From positions 1-32,890 of the forward strand of contig JALULO010000143.1 of NCBI GenBank assembly GCA_027056215.1: a stretch of DNA of 32,890 nt. The letters run 5' to 3'. Below the pieces are notes generated by a model that was not told the DNA's origin, made no database searches, and was given only the letters and a program-made list of their open reading frames with translations. The position numbers and the translations under genes are program-made. This DNA is from Campylobacterales bacterium (GTDB taxonomy: Bacteria; Campylobacterota; Campylobacteria; Campylobacterales; QNZT01). This document shows, in pieces, positions 1-9,863 of the stretch (the stretch's first letter is position 1; every line of letters starts with the position of its first letter).

Positions 1-367
1 TTTTGCGATGGCAAGCATTGTTCATGTCAGTTTACTTGTCAAATATAGCCATGAAATACTTTGGATGTATCTGGTTACTACCGTCATACGAGCTGTTATC
101 ATGGGTGCTTTTGCCCTACTTTCAAATAGACAAAAGAGTATGACAGATATCTCTTTTCGATGGTGGAGTGTGTTACTTTTTGCAGGAATAAAAGGAGGTC
201 TTTCTATCGTTATGTTACAGATGTTACCAGAAAACTTTATACACAGAGAACTCTTTGAAGCAATCGTTACAGGTGTAATCTTACTCTCCACGATTACCTA
301 TGCCCTGACACTGGTTTTTATCATAAGTTTTAACAAAAAAGCATTTGAACAAGAATATATTCACTAA
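1..367 (+). CDS. Na+/H+ antiporter (CPA1 family), C-terminal part; 5' end lies outside the window
   Basis: Frame is open from the window start. Hydrophobic helices with 'LLFAGIKGGLSIVM' (CPA1 G.RGa.s-type motif) and 'VTGVILLSTITYALT'. Confidence 0.8.
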   Translation, partial: FAMASIVHVSLLVKYSHEILWMYLVTTVIRAVIMGAFALLSNRQKSMTDISFRWWSVLLFAGIKGGLSIVMLQMLPENFIHRELFEAIVTGVILLSTITYALTLVFIISFNKKAFEQEYIH

Positions 368-379
368 AAAGGAATCCTC

Positions 380-1201
380 ATGGTTATCAAACGCGTTATA
401 CTTCCACTAGCATTGTTTATCTATATTGCCATAGAAACATATTTAAAACTACATCAAAGTTCACTTTGTGACCAAACTGGATGTAAACTTGCCGGAGAAT
501 TATTGCGATTTAAGCCCATATATCTAAACTATTTAGGTCTTTTTGCTACATCTATACTGATACTTACGGGGTGGCTTTCTAAAAAATCACACTTAGCCGA
601 TAGACTTTTTTGGATCACGCTCATGGGTGCACTTGCATTTGAAGCGACTATGATCGGTTATCAATACTTTGCAAATCCAGCACTGTGTCTATTTTGTCTA
701 GGTGTTTTTAGCGGACTGCTTTTGATTACGCTCTTTAATGCACCGAAAAAAATATTATTTGCCATTGTACCGATAGTGGCTATCTTTACGGCACTTTCAA
801 CACTTTCCATCGCAAAAAACCAAAGTTTCATAACAAAAGATGGGAACTATCTTATCTATTCAGCAACGTGTCCACATTGTCAAAAAGTTAAAAAGTTCCT
901 TGCCTCAGAAGATATCAACTACACACCTCTTCCCATCACCGAACCCTCAACCCAAAAAGCAATCAAATATCTAGGCATTAGCAAAATACCGATTTGGATA
1001 CAAAAGCATGGTGTAAACAGAGTTATTTTCGTTGGTGATAAAGCGATCATCACACATCTAAAAACTAAGCCCAAGGATACGGCACAAGAGACATCTCAAA
1101 AAGATGAAAATCCTGCTTCAACACAAAGCGTTTTTAATCTCAATACCGATACAGGTTGTAGTGCATCGGTAATCGAAGAAGTTAAATGTAAAGATGAGTG
1201 A
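380..1201 (+). CDS. VKOR-like membrane domain fused to a thioredoxin/glutaredoxin-like domain
   Basis: TM1, loop Cys pair 'LCDQTGC', further TMs, 'YQYFANPALCLFCLG' (VKOR-type CxxC), then soluble 'YSATCPHCQKVK'. RBS AAGGA upstream. Confidence 0.7.
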   Translation: MVIKRVILPLALFIYIAIETYLKLHQSSLCDQTGCKLAGELLRFKPIYLNYLGLFATSILILTGWLSKKSHLADRLFWITLMGALAFEATMIGYQYFANPALCLFCLGVFSGLLLITLFNAPKKILFAIVPIVAIFTALSTLSIAKNQSFITKDGNYLIYSATCPHCQKVKKFLASEDINYTPLPITEPSTQKAIKYLGISKIPIWIQKHGVNRVIFVGDKAIITHLKTKPKDTAQETSQKDENPASTQSVFNLNTDTGCSASVIEEVKCKDE

Positions 1202-1229
1202 CAACTATATAAATTTTTTCTTTTCATAC

Positions 1230-1256
1230 TTCAGGCATTTTTTAAAATGCCGATAT
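1230..1256 (+). promoter_or_regulatory. Candidate sigma28 (FliA) promoter for the kinase-Hpt-EAL operon
   Basis: TTCAG-N14-GCCGATAT, with the -10 at 1249-1256, about 35 nt before the ATG. It overlaps the inverted repeat GGCATTTT-TT-AAAATGCC. Confidence 0.5.
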
Positions 1257-1291
1257 GTAGCACATAATAAGAAAACTATTCGAACAGGGTT

Positions 1292-3187
1292 ATGATGAAA
1301 AAACAACAAGAAAATGAAATATATAATAATTTAAAATCACTTTTTCGTCTGTTCCTTGCTAGCCTCATTATCATTGGCGGACTCAATTATATATTTAGTA
1401 AAATGATTAATGATCTTAATCAACAAACTAAAAATCTTGAAACAAAAAAATTGATTGAAAGTAAAATTGCGACTACTTTAACAAGTATGCGCGAAGATAT
1501 TTCTGATATCTTTATTTTAAAACCAAGTGAACAACATAAACATTATTTTAAATATAAAATTTATGAGAAACTAAGCCGTGTTAAATTGGATCTTCACATT
1601 CTAAAATCTGGGGCAGTATTTAAAATAGGAGATGATCTCCAAACCAGGATATATAGACCAAAAACATATGGTCAACAATATGAAAATTTTAATAATTTAG
1701 CACTTTCAGATATGGAACAATCTATAAAATTATTTTTTCTTGCACTTCAAGATTTTAAAGAAAAACTTCTTATCGATAAAAATGCATATATATCTGACCT
1801 AAATTATCTCCTCAAAGAGATGCAAAAGAACAATAATACACTTTTAAAACAAACTAATTACCATATTAAGAAAGTCAACGATGATATCAACAGAAAAACA
1901 CAACAATATATAGGATATGAACTCCTTGCCATAATCTTTGTCATAGCTTCACTCTTTTATCTTAGCAATATTATCAGTAAGCAAATCATCAATAATAGTA
2001 AAAAACTAGAATCAGCAAAAAAAGAAGCGCAAAAAATGGCACTTAAAGCTAAACAAGCCAGTTTAGCAAAGTCTGAATTTTTAGCAAATATGTCCCATGA
2101 GATACGAACACCCCTAAATGCCATACTTGGCTTTATCGATCTTTTAAAAGAGAAAGAAAGAGATGAGGAAAAATTAAAATACATTAAAACTGTACAAAAT
2201 TCATCAAATTCTCTTTTAGGTATTATCAATGATATTCTTGATTTTAGTAAGATTGAAAGTGGCAATCTGCAAATAGAAGAAATCAATTTTAACACTTTAG
2301 ATGAATTTGATACCCTAGCAGATCTTTTTCGTGCAAAAGCATCTGAAAAAAGTATTTCACTCACAATGCATATGGATCAAAATATGCCAAGTGCTTTGGT
2401 CAGTGACCCATTGAGAATCAAACAAGTTATAGCAAACCTTCTTTCCAATGCGATCAAATTTACACCACGAAACGGTCGTGTCATATTACATATATCTTAT
2501 AGTAATGCACATTTAAACGTCAGTGTTCAAGATACGGGTATTGGTATAGCAGAAGAGAAACAAGAAAAAATCTTTCAAGCATTCTCTCAGGCTGAAAGTT
2601 CAACAACCAGACAATTTGGTGGTACAGGATTGGGTCTCTCTATCTCATCAAGATTGATCACTATGCTCGGTGGTAAATTAAAGCTACAAAGTAAGCCCAA
2701 AGAAGGTAGCAAATTTTATTTTTCTATTCCTGTAAAAGCTGGAACTTTTACACACCATAATGTAAAACATGATTTAGACGATTTATCCCTTGAAGGAAGG
2801 CATGTTCTGGTTGTAGAAGACAATAAAGCCAACCAAATGTACATGAGTTTATTGCTGAAAAAATTTCATATCACATTTGACATCGCAAATGACGGTGTCG
2901 AGGCGATATTGGCTTTTGAGCACAAAAAATTTGATTTAATTTTGATGGATGAAAATATGCCTAATCTTAACGGTATAGAAGCTACCAAAAGAATTTTAGC
3001 GATAGAAAAGAAGAAAAACCTTATCCATACTCCCGTTATTGCTTTAACGGCAAATGCATTAAGTGGGGATCGTGAACGTTTTATAGAAGCAGGGATGGAT
3101 GAGTATTTAACAAAACCTATAAATAAAGAGAAACTATTAACTGTTTTTAAAGAATTTATGAGTAACAAGGAGAGTACCGTATGTTAG
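1292..3187 (+). CDS. Hybrid sensor histidine kinase (2 TM, periplasmic domain, HisKA, HATPase, REC)
   Basis: H-box 'EFLANMSHEIRTPLNAI', N-box 'NLLSNAIKFT', G1 'DTGIGI', G2 'GGTGLGL', receiver 'VVEDN...LILMDENMP...KP'. Confidence 0.95.
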   Translation: MMKKQQENEIYNNLKSLFRLFLASLIIIGGLNYIFSKMINDLNQQTKNLETKKLIESKIATTLTSMREDISDIFILKPSEQHKHYFKYKIYEKLSRVKLDLHILKSGAVFKIGDDLQTRIYRPKTYGQQYENFNNLALSDMEQSIKLFFLALQDFKEKLLIDKNAYISDLNYLLKEMQKNNNTLLKQTNYHIKKVNDDINRKTQQYIGYELLAIIFVIASLFYLSNIISKQIINNSKKLESAKKEAQKMALKAKQASLAKSEFLANMSHEIRTPLNAILGFIDLLKEKERDEEKLKYIKTVQNSSNSLLGIINDILDFSKIESGNLQIEEINFNTLDEFDTLADLFRAKASEKSISLTMHMDQNMPSALVSDPLRIKQVIANLLSNAIKFTPRNGRVILHISYSNAHLNVSVQDTGIGIAEEKQEKIFQAFSQAESSTTRQFGGTGLGLSISSRLITMLGGKLKLQSKPKEGSKFYFSIPVKAGTFTHHNVKHDLDDLSLEGRHVLVVEDNKANQMYMSLLLKKFHITFDIANDGVEAILAFEHKKFDLILMDENMPNLNGIEATKRILAIEKKKNLIHTPVIALTANALSGDRERFIEAGMDEYLTKPINKEKLLTVFKEFMSNKESTVC

Positions 3188-3501
3188 ACATATCAAAAAT
3201 TTCACAAGAACTTGGATTTGAGCGTGAGGAAGTCTTGATGCTTTTAGAAATGTTTATGGAATCAGCTATGCAAAGTATGCAAGAACTCAAAATAGCTTTA
3301 GAAAATGCAGATTATATCGGCATAAAAGAACACGCCCATGCTATCAAAGGAAGCTCTGCAAATCTCATGTTAGATGAGATTTATAACTTATCTAAAGAGA
3401 TAGAAGAAGCAGCCATATTTAAAACAAAACTTGATTATGGTGACAAGTTTACAAGACTCTATCATGCTTTAAAAAATTTACAGAAAATGGAAACAGCATA
3501 A
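3181..3501 (+). CDS. Stand-alone Hpt phosphotransfer protein
   Basis: 'HAHAIKGSSANL' Hpt motif. Overlaps the kinase stop; RBS AAGGAG. Confidence 0.92.
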   Translation: MLDISKISQELGFEREEVLMLLEMFMESAMQSMQELKIALENADYIGIKEHAHAIKGSSANLMLDEIYNLSKEIEEAAIFKTKLDYGDKFTRLYHALKNLQKMETA

Positions 3502-5159
3502 TGGCAAAGATACTTATAGTAGATGATATTGCAGTCAATCGCATGACAATCAAACTCTCTTTAAAAGAGCAAGGATATCACTTTTTTGAAGCGTCAAATG
3601 GTCTTGAAGCAATAGAAATAGCAAAAGCACAGAATCCAGATATCATACTCATCGATGCGATGATGCCAGTTATGGATGGTTTTGAAGCAACAAAAGTTAT
3701 ACGTAAGATTGAGGAGATACAGCGTATTCCAATCTTGATGATTACCTCGTTGGAAAGCAAAGATGATAAAATCAAAGCCCTTAATTGTGGTGTTAATGAC
3801 TTTATCAGTAAAGCATTTGACAAATCAGAACTAAAAGCGAGATGCCATGCCTATATAGAATTGGCAAATTTAAATAAAAACTATATTTTAGCGACAAAAA
3901 ATGTAGTTTCCAACTTGCCAAATAAAGTGAAATTACTCAAAGATATACAACATACTAAAAATGAAAAATCACTATTTTTAATCGATATGGACAATTATAC
4001 TGAAAATGAAAATTTTTATGGTCTGAGTATTGCTGAAAATCTAGAAAAAATTTTTATCCAATATTTGATCCAACAGTGTCTAATTTTACACGATCACTAT
4101 CAACTTTATCATATAGCAAGTGGGAAATATGCTGTTCTTTTTGATGATACTTTTGATCAAAGTGACGATAATGCTGAAACATTCTGTGCAAATCTCATTT
4201 CAGCCATCAAACATCATCATTTTCAATACCAAGACTATAACTTTGATATAAATATCACTATGGGCTATATGTATGGAAATGAGCATCTTTATGAAGATGC
4301 CAATACGATGCTTGCTCTCGCACAAAAAGAAAAATATGAGTTCATGGTAAATACTAAAAGGATTACTACTTTAAAAGAAAACATCAAACAAAATCTTTTT
4401 ACATTGCAAAGTATTAAATATGCATTACAAGAAGATAAAATAGAGCCATTTTTTCAACCTATATATAACAATCATACAGACAAAATCAAACGATATGAAG
4501 CCCTTATAAGGATGCATGATCATAAAAACACTCTTATTTATCCTTATCCTGTATTTTTAGATGTTGCAAAACAGGGAAAACTCTATCCTTATATTACAAA
4601 AGTTTTGATTGAAAAAGTTATGGATAAACTTAGAGAAGAAGATTGTGAAATATCTATCAATATCTCATCGCTAGATATTGAAGATAAAATCATGCAAGCC
4701 TTTATACTTGATGCTTTTGAGAAAAATAAAGATATAACACATAAACTCATCATTGAACTTTTAGAAGATAAAGAAACAAATTCTTACGATGAAGTCAATA
4801 AGTTTATCAAAACAGTTAGAAAATATGGTATACAAATAGCCATAGATGACTTTGGAAGCGGTTATTCAAACTTTATACGTATTATCGAGTTTGCTCCAGA
4901 TATCATCAAAATAGATGGATCACTTATTTGCGACATTGCGACATCAGCAGCATCAAGACAAACAGTTGAAACAATCAAACTTTTTGCTGATAAGATCAAT
5001 GCTAAAATAGTAGCAGAATATGTTGAGAATGAAGAAATATTCAATATCATCAAATCACTTGGAATAGACTATGCACAAGGTTTTTATATCGGTAAAGCAG
5101 AACTCAAACTCAGAAAAACACCTCTCTTTGAAGAAGCTTTAGCAACAGTGGCTCACTAA
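3501..5159 (+). CDS. Response regulator: REC, degenerate GGDEF, EAL c-di-GMP phosphodiesterase
   Basis: REC 'ILIVDD...IILIDAMMP'. GGDEF position reads 'IASGKY'. EAL motifs 'YEALIR', 'IAIDDFGSGYSNF', 'IKIDGSL', 'VAEYVE', 'AQGFY' are intact. TAATG coupling to Hpt. Confidence 0.92.
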   Translation: MAKILIVDDIAVNRMTIKLSLKEQGYHFFEASNGLEAIEIAKAQNPDIILIDAMMPVMDGFEATKVIRKIEEIQRIPILMITSLESKDDKIKALNCGVNDFISKAFDKSELKARCHAYIELANLNKNYILATKNVVSNLPNKVKLLKDIQHTKNEKSLFLIDMDNYTENENFYGLSIAENLEKIFIQYLIQQCLILHDHYQLYHIASGKYAVLFDDTFDQSDDNAETFCANLISAIKHHHFQYQDYNFDINITMGYMYGNEHLYEDANTMLALAQKEKYEFMVNTKRITTLKENIKQNLFTLQSIKYALQEDKIEPFFQPIYNNHTDKIKRYEALIRMHDHKNTLIYPYPVFLDVAKQGKLYPYITKVLIEKVMDKLREEDCEISINISSLDIEDKIMQAFILDAFEKNKDITHKLIIELLEDKETNSYDEVNKFIKTVRKYGIQIAIDDFGSGYSNFIRIIEFAPDIIKIDGSLICDIATSAASRQTVETIKLFADKINAKIVAEYVENEEIFNIIKSLGIDYAQGFYIGKAELKLRKTPLFEEALATVAH

Positions 5160-5942
5160 ATCCTTCATCTGTGTACAAAAGTGAATCACTGTTTCATTGT
5201 GATGCTTTTGTGCCCCTTTGGTTAAGATAGTGAGCTTATTTTCCATCATTTTACATACTTCTCTATCTGGAAGATGTTTTTGCAATGCTTGTAAACGAAA
5301 CTGATCCATCGCTTGATAAGAAAATGAAAGTTGTTCATGATCACCTGCATATTTTGTCGTAAGTGCTTCATCAACAAATCCTACAGGATACTTTTTTAAA
5401 ATCCTAAGCCACATATCATAATCTTCACAAACAATCAACTTCTCATCGAAAAGTCCAATATCATCCACTATCTTTTTATGAAACATGACCGTTGAAGGAG
5501 CAATCTTACAAAAATCAAGATTTTCATAAAAACAAAAGCCTTGCGGTTTTTGATGTTTACGTTTTTGTTTAACCATCTTATCATCACGCATCCAGACTTC
5601 TGCGGTATGAGAAAAAAGAATCTGGGGATTTTGTTTGTGATATGCCACTTGAAGTTGGAGTTTATCTTCTCTCCAAACATCATCAGAGTCCAAAAAGGCA
5701 ATCCACTTGTTTGATGCATGAACAATACCCATATTCCTTGCAGCCGAAACGCCTTTATTTGGCTGAGAGATGATTTTAACTTCAGGAAAATGGCTCTGTA
5801 CCATCTGGCATGTATCGTCTGTTGAACCATCATCCACAACAATGATTTCATCAGCCCTGTAAGTCTGACTTAAAACAGACTCCACCGCCCTTGGTAAAAG
5901 CGCAACACGGTTATACGTGGGAATGACAACGGTAATTTTCAC
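5139..5942 (-). CDS. Glycosyltransferase family 2
   Basis: 'VVIPTYNR', 'VVDDGSTD', 'NKGVSAARN', 'AFLDSDD', 'CEDYDMWLR'. GTG start abuts the DedA stop. Confidence 0.93.
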   Translation of the reverse strand: MKITVVIPTYNRVALLPRAVESVLSQTYRADEIIVVDDGSTDDTCQMVQSHFPEVKIISQPNKGVSAARNMGIVHASNKWIAFLDSDDVWREDKLQLQVAYHKQNPQILFSHTAEVWMRDDKMVKQKRKHQKPQGFCFYENLDFCKIAPSTVMFHKKIVDDIGLFDEKLIVCEDYDMWLRILKKYPVGFVDEALTTKYAGDHEQLSFSYQAMDQFRLQALQKHLPDREVCKMMENKLTILTKGAQKHHNETVIHFCTQMKDLVSHCC

Positions 5943-6500
5943 TTATTTTTTAGTAACTTTTGAAAAATACAACCACAACAAGGCGATTAGTGTTACCAGT
6001 ATCAGCGGTAAGATCCATGGATTTTCTTTAATCTTTCCAAAGAGATCAACAATTTGCTGTCCTCCTTTATAACTCAACAATCCAAAAAAGAGTGAAAAAA
6101 GAAGTGAAGCTGGTGCATTTAAAATCCCAAATTTGAGAAAACTATATTTAGATAATCCCATCGCAATAGGTACTAAAGTTTTAACACCATAGATAAACTT
6201 TTGTACAAACATGACTAAATCACCATATTTTCTGATCAAAAGAGATGAAAGTGCAAATTTTCGTCTGTGATTTTTCATGTAAGGCTCTACCATCTGTTTG
6301 TTATAACGTGCCATATAAAATAAAACCATATCACCAATATAGTTTGCAACCGTTGCCACAGCGATAGAAACAGTGATATCCATCTTACCAAGATAGGATA
6401 ATGCTCCAGCAGCTACAAGTCCGAAAAAACCACCCCCAAGGGAGTATATAAATAGGGCTATATAACCATACGTAGACAATTGTGTTAAAAGTTCTTGCAT
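5943..6500 (-). CDS. DedA family membrane protein
   Basis: 'ANYIGDMVLFYMAR' and 'FVQKFIYGVKTLVPIAMG' DedA/SNARE_assoc motifs. Confidence 0.9.
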   Translation of the reverse strand: MQELLTQLSTYGYIALFIYSLGGGFFGLVAAGALSYLGKMDITVSIAVATVANYIGDMVLFYMARYNKQMVEPYMKNHRRKFALSSLLIRKYGDLVMFVQKFIYGVKTLVPIAMGLSKYSFLKFGILNAPASLLFSLFFGLLSYKGGQQIVDLFGKIKENPWILPLILVTLIALLWLYFSKVTKK

Positions 6501-8281
6501 TAATCCTCTTTCTTGTTTGAAAATGTTGTAGCGAAATGTCCTTCATTTGCCATCAAAGTGCCAAGTGTACCTTCTTGAATAATATGTCCATGTTCGAGAA
6601 CATAGATATAATCGGCCATCTTGATTGTACTTAATCTGTGTGCGATTATTATAGTAGTTCTTTCTTTTAAAAAGGATTCTATCGCATCAAAAAGGATATC
6701 TTCTGTGGTAACATCAAGGGCAGATGTCGATTCATCCAAAATCACAACATTTGGATCAGCGATAATCATGCGAGCGATGGAGATACGTTGTCGCTGACCA
6801 CCTGAGAGTTTGATACCGTTTTTCCCAACAAGCGTTTGTAATCCATCATCAAGCGTTGCTAAAAAATCTCCAAGCTGTGCAACTTCAAGTGCTTTTTGAA
6901 TCTTCTCATCACTCACTTCTTTACCAAAAGTGAGATTAAAGTGAATCGTGTCATTGAAAAGCATAGGATTTTGCAATACCAGATAGACATGATCTCGTAT
7001 CACATCAAGTCCTATATCTTTAAAAGAGACTTTGTCATACATGATATCTCCGTGATCGGGCTGATAAAAACCAACTATCAGTTGTGCAAGTGTCGTTTTT
7101 CCACTCCCACTTGCCCCAACAATCGCCACTTTACTTTTTTGTGGAATATGTAAAGAGATCATATCTAAAATATTTTTACCTTTTTGATACGCAAAAGAGA
7201 CATCTTTGAGGTCGATCTCATTGGTACACGTTTGGCTAAAAGGATTTTTCAGATGTTTGTAAGAAGGTTCTTTTTCAAGATCAAAAATCGCATTGATACG
7301 TTTGAGTGCTGCATCGGCATTGTGGTAAGCATACTGCATATTGATAATCTCATTGATTGGCTGCATAATAACCCACAAATAACCAAAGATAGCAAGCATC
7401 AAACCAATAGATAAATCAGAATATGCAACCATCAAAATACCAGCGGCTCGAAATATTTCAAACCCTGTTAAAAAAATCATATAAGAAGCTTTTGACGCAA
7501 CTTCTGCCTTGTATTCAAACGCGATACCACGCTCTTTAATCTCTTTTGCTAGCACTACTAACTTCGTAAAAAAATGTACCTCACTGTTTGACGAACGTAC
7601 TTGCCAAAACAGATCGAGTGTCTCACTTAATGCTTCTTGAAACGAGGCGATAATAGCATTTTCTTTCTTTTTCAGTTTTGAAACTTTTCGTGCCATTTTA
7701 CCCGTTAAAAAAACAATAAAAGGATTAAAAAAGAGAATGAAAAGTGCCAATTTCCAATGAATCCATAAAAGAATAACAGCAACTGCAATCACCATCAATA
7801 CAGAGATAACAAGCTTACTTACAGAACTAGAGATAAAGGCATCAATCGTATTAACATCTACAATACTTAAAGAAGCAAGTTTTCCACTACCAAAATTTTC
7901 AAACTCTTTTAAACGTACTTTTTCAATATGTTTAAGTAAATCTTCACGAATTTTATACGTTATATTCTTAGAGATGATCGTAAAGAACCAACTTTGAATG
8001 ACACTAAATATAAAAAACAGCGCACGCAAGAGAAGTGTTATAATTAGAACCACTACAACGTAAAACCAAGCAGCGTGTTGTGAACCACCAAAAAGTGTAT
8101 CGATTATATGGACAAGATGCGAAGGTTTATGCAAAAGCACTTCATCCACTAAAAGAGGCATCAAAAGCGGGGCTAAGGCACTAGCTGTAGCGGCAAATAT
8201 TGCAATAATATTTGCGATAAAAAGCTCTTTTTTATATTTTCTGATATCTTTAAAAATATCAGAAAAAGTATATTTTTGCAT
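6500..8281 (-). CDS. ABC exporter, fused permease and ATP-binding domains
   Basis: N-terminal TMD, Walker A 'GASGSGKTT', signature 'LSGGQRQR', Walker B 'VILDESTSALD', 'IAHRLST'. Confidence 0.95.
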   Translation of the reverse strand: MQKYTFSDIFKDIRKYKKELFIANIIAIFAATASALAPLLMPLLVDEVLLHKPSHLVHIIDTLFGGSQHAAWFYVVVVLIITLLLRALFFIFSVIQSWFFTIISKNITYKIREDLLKHIEKVRLKEFENFGSGKLASLSIVDVNTIDAFISSSVSKLVISVLMVIAVAVILLWIHWKLALFILFFNPFIVFLTGKMARKVSKLKKKENAIIASFQEALSETLDLFWQVRSSNSEVHFFTKLVVLAKEIKERGIAFEYKAEVASKASYMIFLTGFEIFRAAGILMVAYSDLSIGLMLAIFGYLWVIMQPINEIINMQYAYHNADAALKRINAIFDLEKEPSYKHLKNPFSQTCTNEIDLKDVSFAYQKGKNILDMISLHIPQKSKVAIVGASGSGKTTLAQLIVGFYQPDHGDIMYDKVSFKDIGLDVIRDHVYLVLQNPMLFNDTIHFNLTFGKEVSDEKIQKALEVAQLGDFLATLDDGLQTLVGKNGIKLSGGQRQRISIARMIIADPNVVILDESTSALDVTTEDILFDAIESFLKERTTIIIAHRLSTIKMADYIYVLEHGHIIQEGTLGTLMANEGHFATTFSNKKED

Positions 8282-8294
8282 AATCTAAACTAAG

Positions 8295-9863
8295 TTATCT
8301 GGCGTAATCTACAGCACGCGACTCTCTGATAACATTGACTTTGATATCTCCTGGATACTGTACTTTACTCTCAATCTCTTTAGCAATCTCTTTGGAAAGA
8401 AGCACCGCTTCATCATCATTGATAAGCTTTGCATTAGCAATAACACGGATTTCACGACCAGCATTGATTGCATATGCTTGTCGTACACCTTTTTTACTGG
8501 TTGCAATATTTTCGATATCTTCTACACGTTTTAAAAAGGCTTCCAAAACTTCACGTCTAGCCCCTGGACGGGCAGCTGAAAGCGTATCAGCAGCACAAAC
8601 CGCAGCAGATTCAATCGAATTTGCATCTTCGTGTCCATGGTGTGCATAAATCGCATTGATGACTACTTCGTGTTCATTGTAACGTTTACAGATGTCCGCT
8701 CCAAGATCTACATGACTTCCTGCAAAATCATGGGTTAATGCTTTACCGATATCATGCAGTATTCCCGCACGACGGGCAAGTTTCTCATCACCACCACATT
8801 CAGCAGCGATAATCCCTGCAAGATTGGCAACTTCTAAAGAGTGCCCAAGTGCATTTTGTCCATATGAAGCACGAAATTTTAACTTACCGATAAGTTTAAT
8901 AATTTCTGGATGCATACCTGTGATACCAAAATCAAGTAAGATATTTTCACCCTCTTCATAAATATTTTGCTCAAACTCTTCGGTTACTTTTTTATAGATA
9001 TCTTCAATTCGTGCTGGTTGAATACGACCATCTTCTATCAACTCTTCTATCACTTTTGTAGCAATAGCACGACGATAAAGATTAAAACTGCTGAGTATAA
9101 TCACATTTGGCGTATCATCTATGATCACATCAACCCCTAATTTCATCTCTAAGGCTTTGATATTTCGTCCCTCTTTTCCGATGATTCGTCCTTTGATATC
9201 ATCGCTTGGGAGGTTGACCGTATTGATCAGTCTTTCAGCTGCAAAATCACCGGCAAAGCGTGTTGTAGCCTGTGCAAGGATATAATTTGCATTCTTTTTA
9301 CCTTTATCTTTTGCCTCTTGTTCATATTTTCGGATGATATGTGCAATCTGTGCACGCGCATGATCTTCTGCCCGTTTAAGTACGATATCTTGTGCTTCAG
9401 ACTTTGTCATACCTGCTGATCTTTCAATCAACATATCTGCATCTTCCAACTTGATTTTTAGTTCAGTTTCAAGTGTTTTTATCTCTTCTTCAAAACTTTT
9501 TAATTCATTTTTATGTTTTTTAATTTCATCTTTCTCAAAAGTGATATTTTTCAACTCTTCTTTAAAAAGTTCATTTAACTCTTGGTCTTTTTTCTCAAGC
9601 GTAGCAAGCTTCTGTGAATGTTCTTCAAAAAGCTTTTGCTTTTTCGTATCAAAAGCCTGTTTTGCTTCAAGTTCTAGATCTTTGGCTTTGATTTTCGCCT
9701 CATTTAGCAACTTTTCTGCTTCATGCTCGATCGTACTAGCTTTTGCTTTTGCCTGTTCTAAAAAACCGCTTAGTTTTGCATTATGTAATCTATTTGCACT
9801 AAATGCGGCGATACTACCACCTAGAAGTGCTCCTCCAGCTGCAATGATTATTTCTGTTATCAT
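8295..9863 (-). CDS. rny: Ribonuclease Y
   Basis: N-terminal TM, coiled coil, KH 'KGRIIGKEGRNI', HD 'GILHDIGKA', C-terminal 'YPGDIKVNVIRE'. Confidence 0.97.
   Translation of the reverse strand: MITEIIIAAGGALLGGSIAAFSANRLHNAKLSGFLEQAKAKASTIEHEAEKLLNEAKIKAKDLELEAKQAFDTKKQKLFEEHSQKLATLEKKDQELNELFKEELKNITFEKDEIKKHKNELKSFEEEIKTLETELKIKLEDADMLIERSAGMTKSEAQDIVLKRAEDHARAQIAHIIRKYEQEAKDKGKKNANYILAQATTRFAGDFAAERLINTVNLPSDDIKGRIIGKEGRNIKALEMKLGVDVIIDDTPNVIILSSFNLYRRAIATKVIEELIEDGRIQPARIEDIYKKVTEEFEQNIYEEGENILLDFGITGMHPEIIKLIGKLKFRASYGQNALGHSLEVANLAGIIAAECGGDEKLARRAGILHDIGKALTHDFAGSHVDLGADICKRYNEHEVVINAIYAHHGHEDANSIESAAVCAADTLSAARPGARREVLEAFLKRVEDIENIATSKKGVRQAYAINAGREIRVIANAKLINDDEAVLLSKEIAKEIESKVQYPGDIKVNVIRESRAVDYAR

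Noticed and set aside
5139-5159. 21-nt convergent overlap of the EAL and GT2 genes
   Set aside because: Short tail-to-tail overlaps are common in compact genomes; both domains look complete.
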